NCBI RefSeq assembly: GCF_032062105.1
Contig: NW_026929032.1
Coordinates: 248,001-312,000 of the forward strand
DNA length: 64,000 nt
DNA from: Saccostrea cucullata
Lineage: Eukaryota
Direction of reading: 5' to 3'
A model generated the notes under the pieces. It saw only the letters and a program-made list of their open reading frames with translations. It was not told the origin of the DNA and ran no database searches. This document shows positions 52,058 through 64,000 of the stretch, piece by piece; position 1 is the first letter of the stretch; every line of letters begins with the position of its first letter. The translations under genes and the position numbers were made by a program.

Positions 52058-53557
52058 TCACGGCAAATCTCTATATTCAAAAACTTTCACAATCCTGAAA
52101 CCAGTTCCAACCCACAATGCAAACTTGTACAGAGATAATGAAAATGGTTTTTTTATTTCTTTTTCTGTGATCAAGTATTTCAAAAACTCCCCTTTCGGAC
52201 TCAACACATGGATAAGACTATTGTACAGATCGGTAACAAGAATCTTACAGGCGGAGTCACACAACAAGTCTGTTGGATAGAAATTCTTCCTCAGATTCTG
52301 TCCACGATAGACATATTGCAAATTACCACATACAGAAATAATAAGAACCTCGCCTGCAGTGCTACTTGTCATATTGATAACACAGATATCAGAGTTATTG
52401 TTTTGACAGAGTCCTTCTGGTAATGTAAACAATCTCGTTTGACCGTCCTCCTGGTACTCATACTCGTGAATGACATCACCGGTTAATGTCAAGTGTTTCA
52501 CTAATCGCCTGCTGTCTGCGTCCAATACAAAATTATCTGTTTTACAATCTACCAAAGAAACAATAAACCCGCTGTCTACTGAAGTACTGATTCCTAATGG
52601 TTGAAGACCTATTACTGAATCTGCCCTCCAAAACGTTGATATTGATCCTGATGGCAGAAGGCGATGGATAAAAAGGTTTCCATTTGTTGTGAAATACATA
52701 CCATTATTAGTTACACACATATCTGTCACCTCTAATCCAATGTTGAATGTTTGTTTCTTTTCGCCTTGTTTGTTTAACAAATCAACATTAACAGAATTCA
52801 GACCGTACACGTAACATTCGTTTTCATTTAATGCCTTTACATACACAAGTGTACCTAGACTACATGCAACATAATGAAATGAATATATTTCACTAGCACT
52901 AATATTATCTAAATCAAAACAATCACCAAACAGTGATTCTAGCCTATCATCATTAATTACTTTTTCTTCATATCTCTGTGAAAAGTCACTGTTCCTTATG
53001 TCAATATTCAAATCACCTAGCAGATGTTTCAGGTCTCTGTGGTTCTCTACTAAGTTCTTATCAGACATGGTTCTGTTGTTCTCCTCCATGTATTTTACTA
53101 TTTTAATTATTTGATTCTTTATCTTGTCTTTTCGGGATTTCTCAAGAGTTAATTGCTCGTTTTTTCTACACAAATTGCTTTTCAATGCATCATCCTTGCG
53201 TTCCGTGATATCTGTAAGCTTGGCAATAATTTCATCAAAATGCTTCTTTAAAATTTTCCTCTGTGATTCACATGTTATTTCATTTTCAGCCTTCTTTATT
53301 GCTATTTTTTTATCTACATCTGGCAATTGTTCTTGCGTTATATTCCTTAGAAACTCCAAGAGTCCTTTCCTTCTCTGACTAGCAGCCACACCCTGTGTGA
53401 CCCAGTTGTGATCATAATGGTCCGTTTTTGCACAAGTAGAACAAATGAATTCATCATAATCCTCACACACCAAATCGACCGGTAAATCATGATTTTCACA
53501 CATTTGTATATGTTCTTGAAGAGAATCTACCGAAATTCGTGGTTTACTTGCTGCCAT
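52058..53557 (-). CDS. B-box/coiled-coil/NHL beta-propeller protein (RING-less TRIM-like), 499 aa, single coding exon
   Basis: B-box CENH...VCEDY...ICSTCAKTDHYDH, helical coiled coil, NHL-like repeats (PLGIST, LFTLPEGLCQNNNSDICVI, FYPTDLLCDSACKILVTDLYNSLIHVLSPKGEFLKYL). The ATG was chosen by alignment to the paralog start MAASKP; the ORF extends to 53632. Confidence 0.9.
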   Translation of the reverse strand: MAASKPRISVDSLQEHIQMCENHDLPVDLVCEDYDEFICSTCAKTDHYDHNWVTQGVAASQRRKGLLEFLRNITQEQLPDVDKKIAIKKAENEITCESQRKILKKHFDEIIAKLTDITERKDDALKSNLCRKNEQLTLEKSRKDKIKNQIIKIVKYMEENNRTMSDKNLVENHRDLKHLLGDLNIDIRNSDFSQRYEEKVINDDRLESLFGDCFDLDNISASEIYSFHYVACSLGTLVYVKALNENECYVYGLNSVNVDLLNKQGEKKQTFNIGLEVTDMCVTNNGMYFTTNGNLFIHRLLPSGSISTFWRADSVIGLQPLGISTSVDSGFIVSLVDCKTDNFVLDADSRRLVKHLTLTGDVIHEYEYQEDGQTRLFTLPEGLCQNNNSDICVINMTSSTAGEVLIISVCGNLQYVYRGQNLRKNFYPTDLLCDSACKILVTDLYNSLIHVLSPKGEFLKYLITEKEIKKPFSLSLYKFALWVGTGFRIVKVFEYRDLP

Positions 53558-54319
53558 TTTACAAACCTCCTTTAAGTTGCCGTCATTCAGTATAGATTGG
53601 AATAGAATAAACTCATAGGTGCATACATGCATTAAAATAAAAATTATATCTCTTTAAACTACATTAAGAAACAAAAGAAACGGCAGCGGTTTTGTTTAGA
53701 GTCTACTGTAATTTTGTTCATATTTAAATGATTAAATTGTCTGAAGAACTTTTATAGACAATGGCTCTTTTTAAATGTTACAGAACTGTCAAAGAGACAG
53801 ATAGAGATCATTCCATAAAAATTTACGGTAAGAATGATACAAAGAAATCTGGTGTCTTTCTACATACGTCATATAATGTATTGTCTTGTGCGATGAATTG
53901 CAAAAAAATGGCAAGGATTAATGAAGTGGTTTGTTATCTTTTGGTCTGTGCAGATAATTTTAAGTACTTAGTTAAATCCAATTAATACATATCAGTTCAA
54001 AACAACGTCACGCTCAATATGAGTATTCTTTTTTACTCGCTCTTAAATAAAATAAAAGACTGAGTTCCAAATAAAGGTAACATAAAAATAATCAAAATTT
54101 TCACTTGGCACGATCATGACCATATGTACCGTAAATACAATTTTTGTTAATATATATTGAACTACAGACTTCTTTGAAATACAAGTACCAAAACAAGGAC
54201 TGTAAGCTTAAGGGTGCATATACAAGGCAAATATTAAAGTACATGTATGCTGCGTCTGTCCTGATAAGCTTGAGTGCTGTATGACTGGAAAATTATAAGA
54301 GTAATTGTTTATTCACCAT

Positions 54320-56805
54320 TTTTCACTTTCACAAACCTTTAAAAATTGCCACCCAAAGTGCAGACTTTTACAGCGATAATGCCGAGAGTATTGTTACTTC
54401 TTTTTCTGTCAATAAATATTTCGACAATTCTCCATCAGGACTCAAGTGGATCAGGCTATTGGGTGTATCAAGAACAAGAATGTTATGAGTTGATTCACAC
54501 ACAATATCTGCAGGATATAGCTTCTCTTTCAGGTTCTGTCCACGGTAGACACGACGCAGACGACCCGAAAGAGAGACAATCACAACTTCAACTGTAGTCT
54601 CACTTGACAAGCTTGTTACACAAATGTCTGTGTTCCTATTCTGACAAAATTTGTATGGCATTGTAAATAGTCTGGTTTGACCGTCCTCCCGGAATTCATA
54701 TTCATGAATGAATACCGGAGAGTGTGAAGTGGCGCGACAAATGTCGTAATACAGTAACACCAACAGTGTTTGCCTCTCAAAGAATTTTTCTTCATTATTA
54801 GGTAAAAAAAGATAAAAGATAAAATAATTGTACAGTTCTAAAAGATCAAAGGGTGTAAATTTTTGGTTTACTGGTTCTCAAGGGAAGGTCTTGTCACAAG
54901 GAAGACCCATGCGTAAGATACGCGGGTATGTTAAGGAAGCATATAAGTCATTTCTCGGAAAATTTAGACTTTTTAAAGAAAATTAAGTTTGATAATTTAC
55001 CAAAACCTCTGATAAATGTAAACTGTTATTAACTATTGCGTACAGATAAAAGAGTGTCTAACGGAACGACGTGCACCACCGCCACGGGATCACGTGACTT
55101 CTATTAATAGCGAAATCTTCCTTAATAAAAAAGCTAACAGAACAACAATACCCCGAAGTTTAATAATTTCTTTGAGTAAATAATATAGTCGAAAAACATC
55201 TATTTTTCCTAAAAAGTGCTGCTAGAATCCCACAGTCCTGTCAGTAAAAGAATTATTCCACACATTCGTATGAAACCTTACCCAATGTTTTGAATTTTTT
55301 ACATATGAACCGAGATTTTTCGTAAAACCATGCTGAACTCGGGATTCTAGCAGCACTTTCCAAGTTTTTCATAAGACAAACTTTCTATCTATACAAATTT
55401 TATGTTTTGAAATATCCAGCTTATTGTTGTTCTGTGCATTATTTTTGTCACGAACGACAGAGGAAAAGCCGACTGGTATACGTATATAGCTGACTTTCTT
55501 CGAAAGAGAATATAATCGATGAAAATAAATTAGCATACCTGTTTATTTAACTGAACTCCATATGAATTTCACATAATGTTCACGATATTTCCTTTTAAAC
55601 TCCATTTTACGTATCTTTGTACATGTCGTCTTAGCCAAATTCTCTTTACACGACATGATCTATTCCCAAGTTTATTGATGTACACATATGACGTCATCGG
55701 TGGTAGATTTTAATTGAAATGACAGATACATCATAACGAAATAAAAACATTTTATTTTTGTTAATGTTTAAACGTTTCTATTTATTTTCTAGAGTTCAAT
55801 TACATCTCTTAATACCAATATATACGAAAAGTTTTGTTATACAATTGACGTCATTTAGCCTACTATGACGTCATAATGTAGCACTGATTTAGTCAAGGTA
55901 GAATATTTTGTATGCTTCCTTATCACCCCTGCGTAACAACGGTAGCTGTATCCATTCAAAATTTAAGGCCAATGTTACAGTTTTGTAAACAAGGTTTTAA
56001 GCAGAAACGCGTGATTTTTCTACCCCATTTGAACTCTTGGATTAAAATGAAAATTAATTCGTATTGCGTATATCTACTGACATCAGTAACCATATTTAAA
56101 AAGATATGTTGGTACTGGCATGGTAAATGTAACAGAATATTTGGAACCTGTTTTTTTTTTTTTTGGTAAAAAAAGTAATAATAATAAAACAATCAAGCAA
56201 ACAAACAAACAACCCCCTCCCCCCCAAAAAGAGTTGAGAATGAAAATTCCATTATAGCACAACGTCGGAAAGCAGATGAATCAGATCTCTCCAGTTCTCT
56301 ATTAAGCCCTTATCTGACATAGTGCTGCTTTTCTCTTCCATGTAATTTTCAATTTGTATTATTTGCTCTTTTTTCTCGACAAAATGAGATTTTTCCTTGT
56401 CTAGATTTTCATTTTTCTCGTTACCTTTCAGTTCTTCTTCCTTGTTATTCTTGATTTCTGTTAACCTGGATATAATTTCATCAAAATTCTTTTTTAACTA
56501 TTTTATATGTATCTCACAAGAATTCTCGTTTTCAGACTTCTTTTTGGTCATCTTTTCATCAACTCTCGGCAGTTTCTGTTCTTTTATATCCCGCAGGTAT
56601 TCCATGAGTCCTCTTCAATTTGAGTGGCCGCCGCAGCCTGTGTCACCCAATTATGTCCATTGTGGTCTGATTTGGCACATGTGAAACAAATGAAAACTTC
56701 ACAGTCCTCACACACCATATCGACAGGAAAATCTTTGTGTTTTTCACACATCTGAGTATGTTCTTCAGGAAAACCACCGGCATATTTTGGTTTACTAGCC
56801 GCCAT
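54320..56805 (-). pseudogene. Tandem paralog of the TRIM-like gene, broken: 5' part ~56260-56805, 3' part ~54320-54710
   Basis: MAASKPK...CEKH...VCEDCEVFICFTCAKSDHNGHNWVTQ, then a frameshift and an internal stop. The 3' part reads IHEYEFREDGQTRLFTMP...YPADIVC...LSPDGELSKYLLTEKE. The middle is deleted and replaced by repeats. Confidence 0.85.
54935..55919. mobile_element. Kolobok-type non-autonomous element inside the TRIM pseudogene
   Basis: TTAA|GGAAGCATA ... TATGCTTCC|TTAT; internal inverted repeat AAAGTGCTGCTAGAATCCC (~55213) / GGGATTCTAGCAGCACTTT (55341). Confidence 0.6.
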
Positions 56806-58205
56806 TCTATAAACAGATGCTTCTCGTTCACCAAGGTGGGAAAGATAAGGTAACGCCGATAATGGAAAAGTGCATGTTGGAGAATCAAATATGCAGGTGC
56901 ACTACAAATGAGAGGATTTCCTAACCTTATACAATCATCTCTATAGATCAATAAACTAGCTTGTTCTAAATTTTTGTCGAATGACAGAAATGTCAAAACA
57001 AGCGAGTTTATTGCCTGACGTCACGGCGTCAGGTTGTATAAGGATTGATATTTCCGAGGTGCGAAGAGAAGAGGTCACAGTTAGCCAGGAAAATTTTGTG
57101 CATGCTGATTATCACTGGAATTTGTTACCTCCGTTTCAACAAAACATTTAGCAGAAAGAAATAACCGTCTTACTGATACAATATATATTGATGTGTTTAT
57201 TTCCTTTAGTTTTTTTTTTGCATGCAGCTGTTTATTTCATGCGATTTCATATACGGACATGATAGTAAGTATCAAATATTAAACAGTCGCATAATTGCCA
57301 ATTTTACGATACCTTCACATAATCGTTACCGTATTGCTGCGCCATTGCATTATTGTCATTGATACATGCTTACTGCATAATTGGTCATTGCACTATTTTG
57401 AACCCAAATCTTCATGGCGCAAAGACGCAAGATTGGACTTCCTGGTCCTATCTGGAATCCAGAACAAACCCTTGATGTGAGAAATTTTACATCGGGGACC
57501 TAATTTTAAGCAACCAATTTAGAGTTCTAAAACGAATCCTGTTGGAATCCAGATTAGGGCTTTGCAAATTACTATCGACCATCGATATGTTTGGGCGATA
57601 AGTTTGATATCAACGATCCAATTTTCATGCAAAGTCAAATGTGCCATACTTAATTTTTTGAAGGTATTGATATTTTTGAAAATAATTGTTTTTTATTGAA
57701 TAATTTAAATTAAATCAGACTAATAATTTAAAGCCACATTATATTATGATGTATGCAGATTTACCATCTATTATGTCTGAAATTTAGTTTATTCTATTAT
57801 AGAGCGTTTGTATAAGTTTTAAGAATATGTTAGCAATAACTCCTATATAAAAATTTGATCAAGTCATTACAGATTATGGATCTTGAGTAAGTAAAAAATG
57901 GAACGTGTGTCCGATCAAAAGTTAAGTTGCTATTGGCTTTTGTCGATTGCTATGTAGATAATACTAGATACCATTTGATTTAGAAATATTCCTTGTCAGT
58001 TTTTTTTTTTCAATTTCAGGCATCGATTTATTTGCATCTAATATATATTTATAGATATAACTTTTTAATATGACACCTGTACAATTGTAATGTAGAGAAA
58101 CATGATATCAATAATGTTAAATAGCGTGTCTCCGATCAAAAGATAATTTGGATTTTGTCAAATGGTATGCATTAGTTACAATTGTATTATGAAACTATAC
58201 TACTT

Positions 58206-58345
58206 CTTGTCAGCTTTATTCGATTTCCAATGCTATACGTATGTATATAACTAAAATCTGAACACTGCCCAATGACTTGTCAGCTTTATTCGATTTCCAA
58301 TGCTATACGTATGTATATAACTAAAATCTGAACACCGCCCAATGA
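58206..58345. repeat. Recent 70-bp direct tandem duplication
   Basis: 58206-58275 and 58276-58345 differ at one base. Confidence 0.95.
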
Positions 58346-58475
58346 CTGGTAGATCCTGGCTGACAAAAGGTAAAGAAATATATTTTTTTATTTCCAAGTA
58401 AATTTAAGTGTGTGCACGTGATCTAGTCTCTAACAACTCAATAGATGAATTTTTCACTAATTCATACTTGCTAAT

Positions 58476-59060
58476 GCCTAGGTCAAATTTCCCGGCCGGT
58501 AGCCGCAGACCGGTGGTAATCGGTGGTAATCCGTGGTGTTAACGATTCCCAAAGATCGGTACACATCGGCCTAGTTGTCCTTAAAGTATCAGTCACATTA
58601 TCAGCGCTGGGTATACGATGGGCAACCAATGTGTTTTATGACAAAAATGGCGTGGTTGCCGGCCGGACTTACAAAGGCCCATAGATGCATTGCTAATCAC
58701 AAAACGATGTTCTAGGGTGATCGGCCAATATATATTACATCGCTCATGCATTGGTGAACATCGTTCGTACATCAGTCGACTACAGGCCAATGTTTGGTCG
58801 AACATCGACCGATAATCGGTCGTTATCTATTGAACACAATTCAACCCCCCGATGACCTCAGATTCAACAGATTTTGGACGATGCTCGGCCATACATCGGC
58901 CGATCCTTGAAAGATGTGTAAATGATGGGTTGCCGATAAGGAGCGATGTGAGGCATGGTTGGAGACATCGCTGAATTTTAACTACGAATTATTTCCTACC
59001 GATGACCCCACCGATTCGCAAAATGGCCTGTCACCGTCTGAGCACTAGTGATGCTCGGCC
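58476..59060. mobile_element. GC-rich foldback/Harbinger-like remnant, right end truncated
   Basis: GCCTAGGTCAAATTTCCCGGCCGG start; interior rich in ATCGG/CCGAT motifs; ends CTCGGCCGG at the junction with the next element. Confidence 0.4.
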
Positions 59061-60250
59061 GGTGTAACGTTGAATATTGACCCGAGTTGAAAATAGACCC
59101 GGGGGTCATTTTTCAACGTTGAATATTGAACCGCGGTCATTTTTCAACGTTGAATATTGAGACCAAAAGTCGTTGAATTTATACCCGGGGTCATTTTTCA
59201 ACAGCTTGATATTTTTTTCTTACACCTGATGACGTCAAGAAGTTGAAAATTGACCCTGTTGAATATTGACCCCACTTCAAAGTTTGAACATATTTTTAAG
59301 CTTGGAAGTTGTTTTACGGGATTTATCAGTATCACTTTATCTATATTTCGGTTTCAATTTTTTCCCCTTTTCAAGAATAATAGAAATAAACATACAGTAT
59401 CACCCCGTGTATACATGAACATTTTGAACAGTGCACGGTTCTAGTTATCTTCAAGCATGACAATTTTATTTTTGACAATACTTTCCAAAATCCGTGGCAT
59501 CCATAAATAAACACAGAACAACGAATAGGGCATAAAACAAAAATCTTAAAAATCTGCAATCTAGTGTATATATTGATCAGCTGGGTGGAACATCCCATCT
59601 AGTTAAATTTAGTATAAAGATAATAAAATTTATAGCCTAAAAATTAGAATGAAACACATCGACCAAAATGATTCCAATAATAGGTTATATTTGTGAAAAG
59701 AGCAATATAGCGACCATAGCATGTAAGTAATGCTGACTTTAAATAAATTGTTGAAATCCCTGTAACAATTTACTTATTTGTCGGTAGACTGTCTCGGCTT
59801 GATCGCTTTCGGACCATCACCTTGAGCATGTTGAGAATGAGATTATTCTTAATCTAAATCATTCTTATTCTATAGAATGTGATTCTTATTTGATTACTTG
59901 TTATTTCTATTCCATTATTTGTAATTTGTATTCGATAAATTGCTATTCCAATTACAGGAAATGTGACAATATGATTCATATATAATAAAATTCACATATT
60001 TTTTCTCTCGAAAACACGCGTTTCCTATTCGATGTCATTAATATATAAAACAATCGGTTGCTAGTCGCTAATTTTGTCATTCCTATTCGATAATTTTTTT
60101 ATTCGATAATTATTTGGATTATATGCAATAAAATTGTTGTTCGAAAACATACTAGCATCCATTTCTTTTCGAAAAAATACGATTCCTTTTCGATAAACTT
60201 CTCATTTGATTACATAATTTTATCTCTATGATCGTCTATGCCATGTTTTT

Positions 60251-60626
60251 AAGGTCTTCCGTTTCCAACAAAGAAGCAAAGTTGTTCGAAATGTCAAGCT
60301 TTATCTAATGGGATCGTCAAAATACGTCCGGGGACGTAACTTACGGTCAAACCGGAAGTAGTCAAAAATTGCATATTTTTGCTGTTCTTGACAGGTTTTT
60401 GGATAACATATTCACTGGAAAATTAAATCTTAATTTTTTGTCCGTTGACGGTACTTCTGGTCAAACCGGAAGTTGCCAAAAATGGCTTTATTTTGCAATA
60501 ATTAACATAGATTTGGAGGATTAAACCATTTTTCGACTTCATTATTCTTTTCTTTCAAATGAAAGTTACTTCCGGTCAAACAGGACGGAAGACCTACTCG
60601 TTGCTTCGCAACGAGCTCGGCTCTAG
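60251..60626 (+). mobile_element. Compact complete Helentron-type (HINE) element nested in the TIR element
   Basis: Subterminal IRs AGGTCTTCCGT (60252) / ACGGAAGACCT (60585), hairpin CTCGTTGC-TTC-GCAACGAG, CTAG end, T-runs on both sides. Confidence 0.8.
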
Positions 60627-61387
60627 TTTTTTTTCTTTTTCAATAATTGCCATGATTGCATTCTGGGAAATATGACAAAATAAACTGGAATTGGTTGTAA
60701 ACTTAATTAAATAGGAATGTAAAGTGTCACATTATTATCAAATATAAATCATTTTATCACATAGATTGACAAAACAAAATTTGAAAATTTTGGGAATAAG
60801 GCACACAAGTTTTCTCTCTTCAAGACTTAGAGACTAGGGATCAGCATAAATTAAGCTTTTGCTGATAAATATTCAATAAATGTGTTTCGTTTTATACATT
60901 GATGGAGTAATTATAGAGGATTTAGTTATTCAGAATGCTAATTTAATTATTTGATTATGTCTCGTATCAATCTTTGACAAAAGTATCCAATATGTTTTAA
61001 TATAAAGTACATGTAGATCCTAATTAAAGACTTCAAGGCATTGTTACGTCTCATCAATAACGGAACATTAAAAAAAATATTAAAACAAGTTGTAGTAATT
61101 TTTTTCAGAAACATCCAGTCATATTCTATATTATCTTTAATTGAGAAATCAATACTATATCTGTTTTTACAAAAAAAATCTCCATTTTAACACTTGTTCT
61201 ATGAGAAAACCAGGGGGGGATCGATGTCTCTCACTTTAATGAAATTTTCTATAAGGTCTCCTGCAATATAGCATATGATCACAAGAAAAAAAACATGAAG
61301 TCAATATGCATTTCAGAACAGTAACTCAAGTCTTTATGCTGTTATATACTAAATCATGTGATCAAGTCAGAGAACTTTAGAATAAAA

Positions 61388-61845
61388 GTTGATATCACCT
61401 TTTCGTGCTAAATAGGTGCTCTCACCTATTTGAATAAGTGGTATCACCTTTTTGAAAAGGTGATATTACCTATTGGAGCTTCTTACAACAGTCATTAATG
61501 AATGCTCCCTATAATATATAGATTACCACTTGAACCAAGAAAATTCGGACTACCCAGTTTTCATGCGTTCTCTACGATTTTCTTGTTGTATATATGATAT
61601 ATAAGTGAAATAAATTAATTTGTAAGCAAAAAAAAAAAAAAAAAAAAAACTACAGCTGTTCGGCGGGAAAAGGTGATATCACCCAATCGAATAGGCGATA
61701 TCACCAATTCGAATAAGTTATATCACCTTTTCGAATTGGTGATATCACCTTTTCGAATTGGTGATATTACAAATTCAAATTAAATAGGCGATATTATCTA
61801 TTGGAACAGGTGATATAATTTATTCGAATAGGGGATATTACTTTT
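61388..61845. repeat. ~21-bp quasi-palindromic minisatellite in two blocks (~61388-61475, ~61668-61845)
   Basis: Variants of GATATCACCTTTTCGAATTGGT in tandem. Confidence 0.8.
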
Positions 61846-62387
61846 TCCAGTAAATACCAAAACGGGGCCTCATACCTATGAATTAAGTCACAGCAGTGAA
61901 AACCCAATCATAAATATGTGTTTTTATGCTGTTGAATTTTGAACCGGTTTCATGATCAAAATTCCACGACCCGGCTCAGTTTTCAACGGATTAGGGTCTT
62001 TGGTCTCAGTATTCAACATTGAAAAATGACCCCCGGGTCAATTTTCAACCTGGGTCAAAATTCAACGTTACACCGGCAAACACGCCATTTTCATCAAAAA
62101 ACGCATCGGTATCTAATCCTATACCCCATTGCTGGATAATGTGACTGATACTTAAGTTAACCACCGCTATAAGATATTTTTTAATTTTCGTAGGCCTCAC
62201 TTCTTGTAAATCATTTGTTAAATTTAGCATAGGCTAATTGTTACATTTCAATAATTCGCCCAGGGTTTCCATTACCCTGACCCTCTTCTATCTATGTTCA
62301 ATATAAAATCTATTCTTAATTAAATGATCGCTCATTCTATTTTGTTTTACTTGTGGAGAATTTATCTGTTTTCTAAATTATAATACA

Positions 62388-63531
62388 ATGTTCTATAAAA
62401 TATCCGTATTAATTTTATCTATGGCTGCAAATTTTGTAGCAAGCAATATTCAATATTTTGGATCAAAATAATTTTCAACAAAAATTGGTGAGTAGAAAAA
62501 TTCCAAAACTGTTCTGTTTATTATAGATATATAGTGTCACAGTTCCATTAGTTTTGGTGCGATAAATTAGGATCCGAACAAATCTCAGTTTTTTTCATTA
62601 CTTGAAGAAATCGTTCTTAATCTACTTCATTGAGGAATCTCTAAGATTTTTGACTCAAAAATAAACAAGAAGACAATTAATAAATCTTCTCGTTTTCTTG
62701 CAGACCCATTTACGGAAAATAATGACGACCAACGGCATCGTATTTAGTCTGATTTAGGTGCTGAACTTATTTGTAGGAACAACTCCATGGACAAGTGAGT
62801 AAATATTATGTACTATATATCATTTTCATTATTTATTCAAAGTTATCTGATTGGTTTAAACTTGCATGATCACGTGATTTAGTATATAACAGCATAATTA
62901 TGGAGTTATGTTACTATTAATAGAATCTGACATGCATGCATGTCGATTTGATCTTTCTTAAAATGGAGATAACTGTAAAACAAAAAATAGTACTGATTTT
63001 ACAATTATAGTTTATAAAGTATATGTATGAAAAACTGTGTATACTAAGACTTTTACTGAGTCTTTATGGTCGATCATAAAATGCAACAATTATAAATAGA
63101 CTTTATATTTAATGTTACAGTATACGGAGACGAACTAGTGGCATTTACTGCAAAGGTCTCCAAGGAATGTGACATTCGGCAGTCACGACATTATCAAATA
63201 TAACGCAGTTATGACGAATTTAGGCAACAGCTATGATTCACAGACCTGAATATTCACGGCTCCGTATGACGGGCTCTACAGCATCTCTTGCAGTCTTATG
63301 GCTCACTATAACAACGAAGTGCTTTTGAGAGTGGTCAAAAACGGCGGAAAGGTATCGAAACTCTACTCTGCGTCAAAGACGTATCCTCAAGCCGGACAAA
63401 CCCTCCTTCTGCTACTCAATAAAGGGGACAAGATCTGGGTCCAGAATGACAAACCACAGTCAGCATCGCTCCACGACCATGGTTCTTATAACGTCTTTTC
63501 TGGCTTTCTGATCAAAGCTCTAATAAAATGA
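62388..63531 (+). pseudogene. Secreted globular-head C1q pseudogene; main exon 63121-63531, probable upstream exons ~62388-62488 and ~62777-62793
   Basis: YGDELVAFTAKVS[+1 frameshift]NVTFGSHDIIKYNAVMTNLGNSYDSQT*IFTAPYDGLYSISCSLM...LLNKGDKIWV...YNVFSGFLI. TGA at 63247-63249 replaces the conserved Gly. A signal-peptide-like MFYKISVLILSMAANFVAS lies upstream. Confidence 0.85.
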
Positions 63532-63855
63532 TTTAAATGGTCATTTCAAGTAATCAGATTTTACTTGTCTACATCTTTGATGTTTATTCAAGATGGAAAT
63601 AAAAGAATAATTAAAACTTCTTTCTCAATTGTATTTTAGTAACTATTGTTTTTCCTCGAGTGGTATGCACATTCCAGCTATACTTAGTAAAATTTCATAT
63701 CATGAATCTTCATCGAAAAAAAAATATTTAGGTTAGCCATTTCTCAAAACAACCATTCGTAAAAATTCAAAACATTTAATTCATTACCGAACATACTGTT
63801 GACTGTCCATGAATTTGAAATCCATGTTTTGTTTTGCAATTGCTAAAGGGTGTTT

Positions 63856-64000
63856 AAACAAGATGTCCCTGTGTCACAATGCTAACCTGAGTATCTTTGA
63901 GCGTAATGTTCACGATGTTTCCCCCTTGTAATACCTGTATGCCCCCCCAACCCCTGGGGATCGTAATATAAAAAGACAGAATCTACACCCCTAAGGATGC
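63856..64000 (+). mobile_element. Start of a HINE-like element with Cg170-like repeat (runs off the window)
   Basis: AACAAGATGTCCCTGTGTCACAATGCTAACCTGAG...CCCCTGGGGATCGT...GAATCTACACCCCTAAGGATGC. Confidence 0.55.

Larger units (their letters stand above)
59058..62077. mobile_element. ~3-kb non-autonomous TIR element with subterminal repeats and nested cargo
   Basis: GCCGGTGTAACGTTGAATATTGACCC..GTTGAAAAT.GACCCGGGGGTCATTTTTCAA at the left; TTGAAAAATGACCCCCGGGTCAATTTTCAACCTGGGTCAAAATTCAACGTTACACCGGC at the right. No TSD and no transposase seen. Confidence 0.8.

Noticed and set aside
51684-52061. 125-aa ORF overlapping the TRIM stop (ATGA), resembling bacterial translational coupling
   Set aside because: Eukaryotic 3' UTR context, no recognisable motif, AT-rich composition; most likely chance.
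59226-59250. CTGATGA...GAAA resembling a hammerhead ribozyme core
   Set aside because: The intervening bases cannot form stem II and no stems I or III are evident.
61388-61845. Palindromic short repeats resembling a CRISPR array
   Set aside because: Units are contiguous and degenerate, with no unique spacers and no cas genes; this is a minisatellite in animal DNA.

Overview
AT-rich, intron-containing animal DNA. The gene families and repeats point to a bivalve, most likely an oyster (Ostreidae); this is inferred, not confirmed by a search. I reconstructed spliced models by hand from GT-AG boundaries and reading frame. The window contains: three paralogous perlucin-like C-type lectin genes on the minus strand (the middle one frameshifted); an intact coiled-coil C1q-domain gene; a 4-exon Rv2258c-like SAM methyltransferase; a GNAT acetyltransferase with an in-frame TGA at codon 11 and an apparently scrambled internal segment; a divergently transcribed, fully open 7-exon orphan gene (195 aa) almost invisible in the ORF track; an intronless B-box/coiled-coil/NHL (TRIM-like) gene with a shattered tandem paralog; and a C1q pseudogene. 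The space between is filled with transposons: an internally deleted BEL/Pao element with intact TSDs, Kolobok/Harbinger/Tc1-type MITEs, Helentron-type elements carrying satellite arrays, Penelope-like and CR1/L2-like RT fragments, SINEs, a probable solo LTR and a 3-kb TIR element. The best leads are the orphan gene (AKAP-like helices, amphipathic C-terminal tail, two CRE-flanked first exons) and the conserved hydrophobic-hydrophobic-Gly-stop micro-exon of the lectins. All functional ideas are hypotheses.
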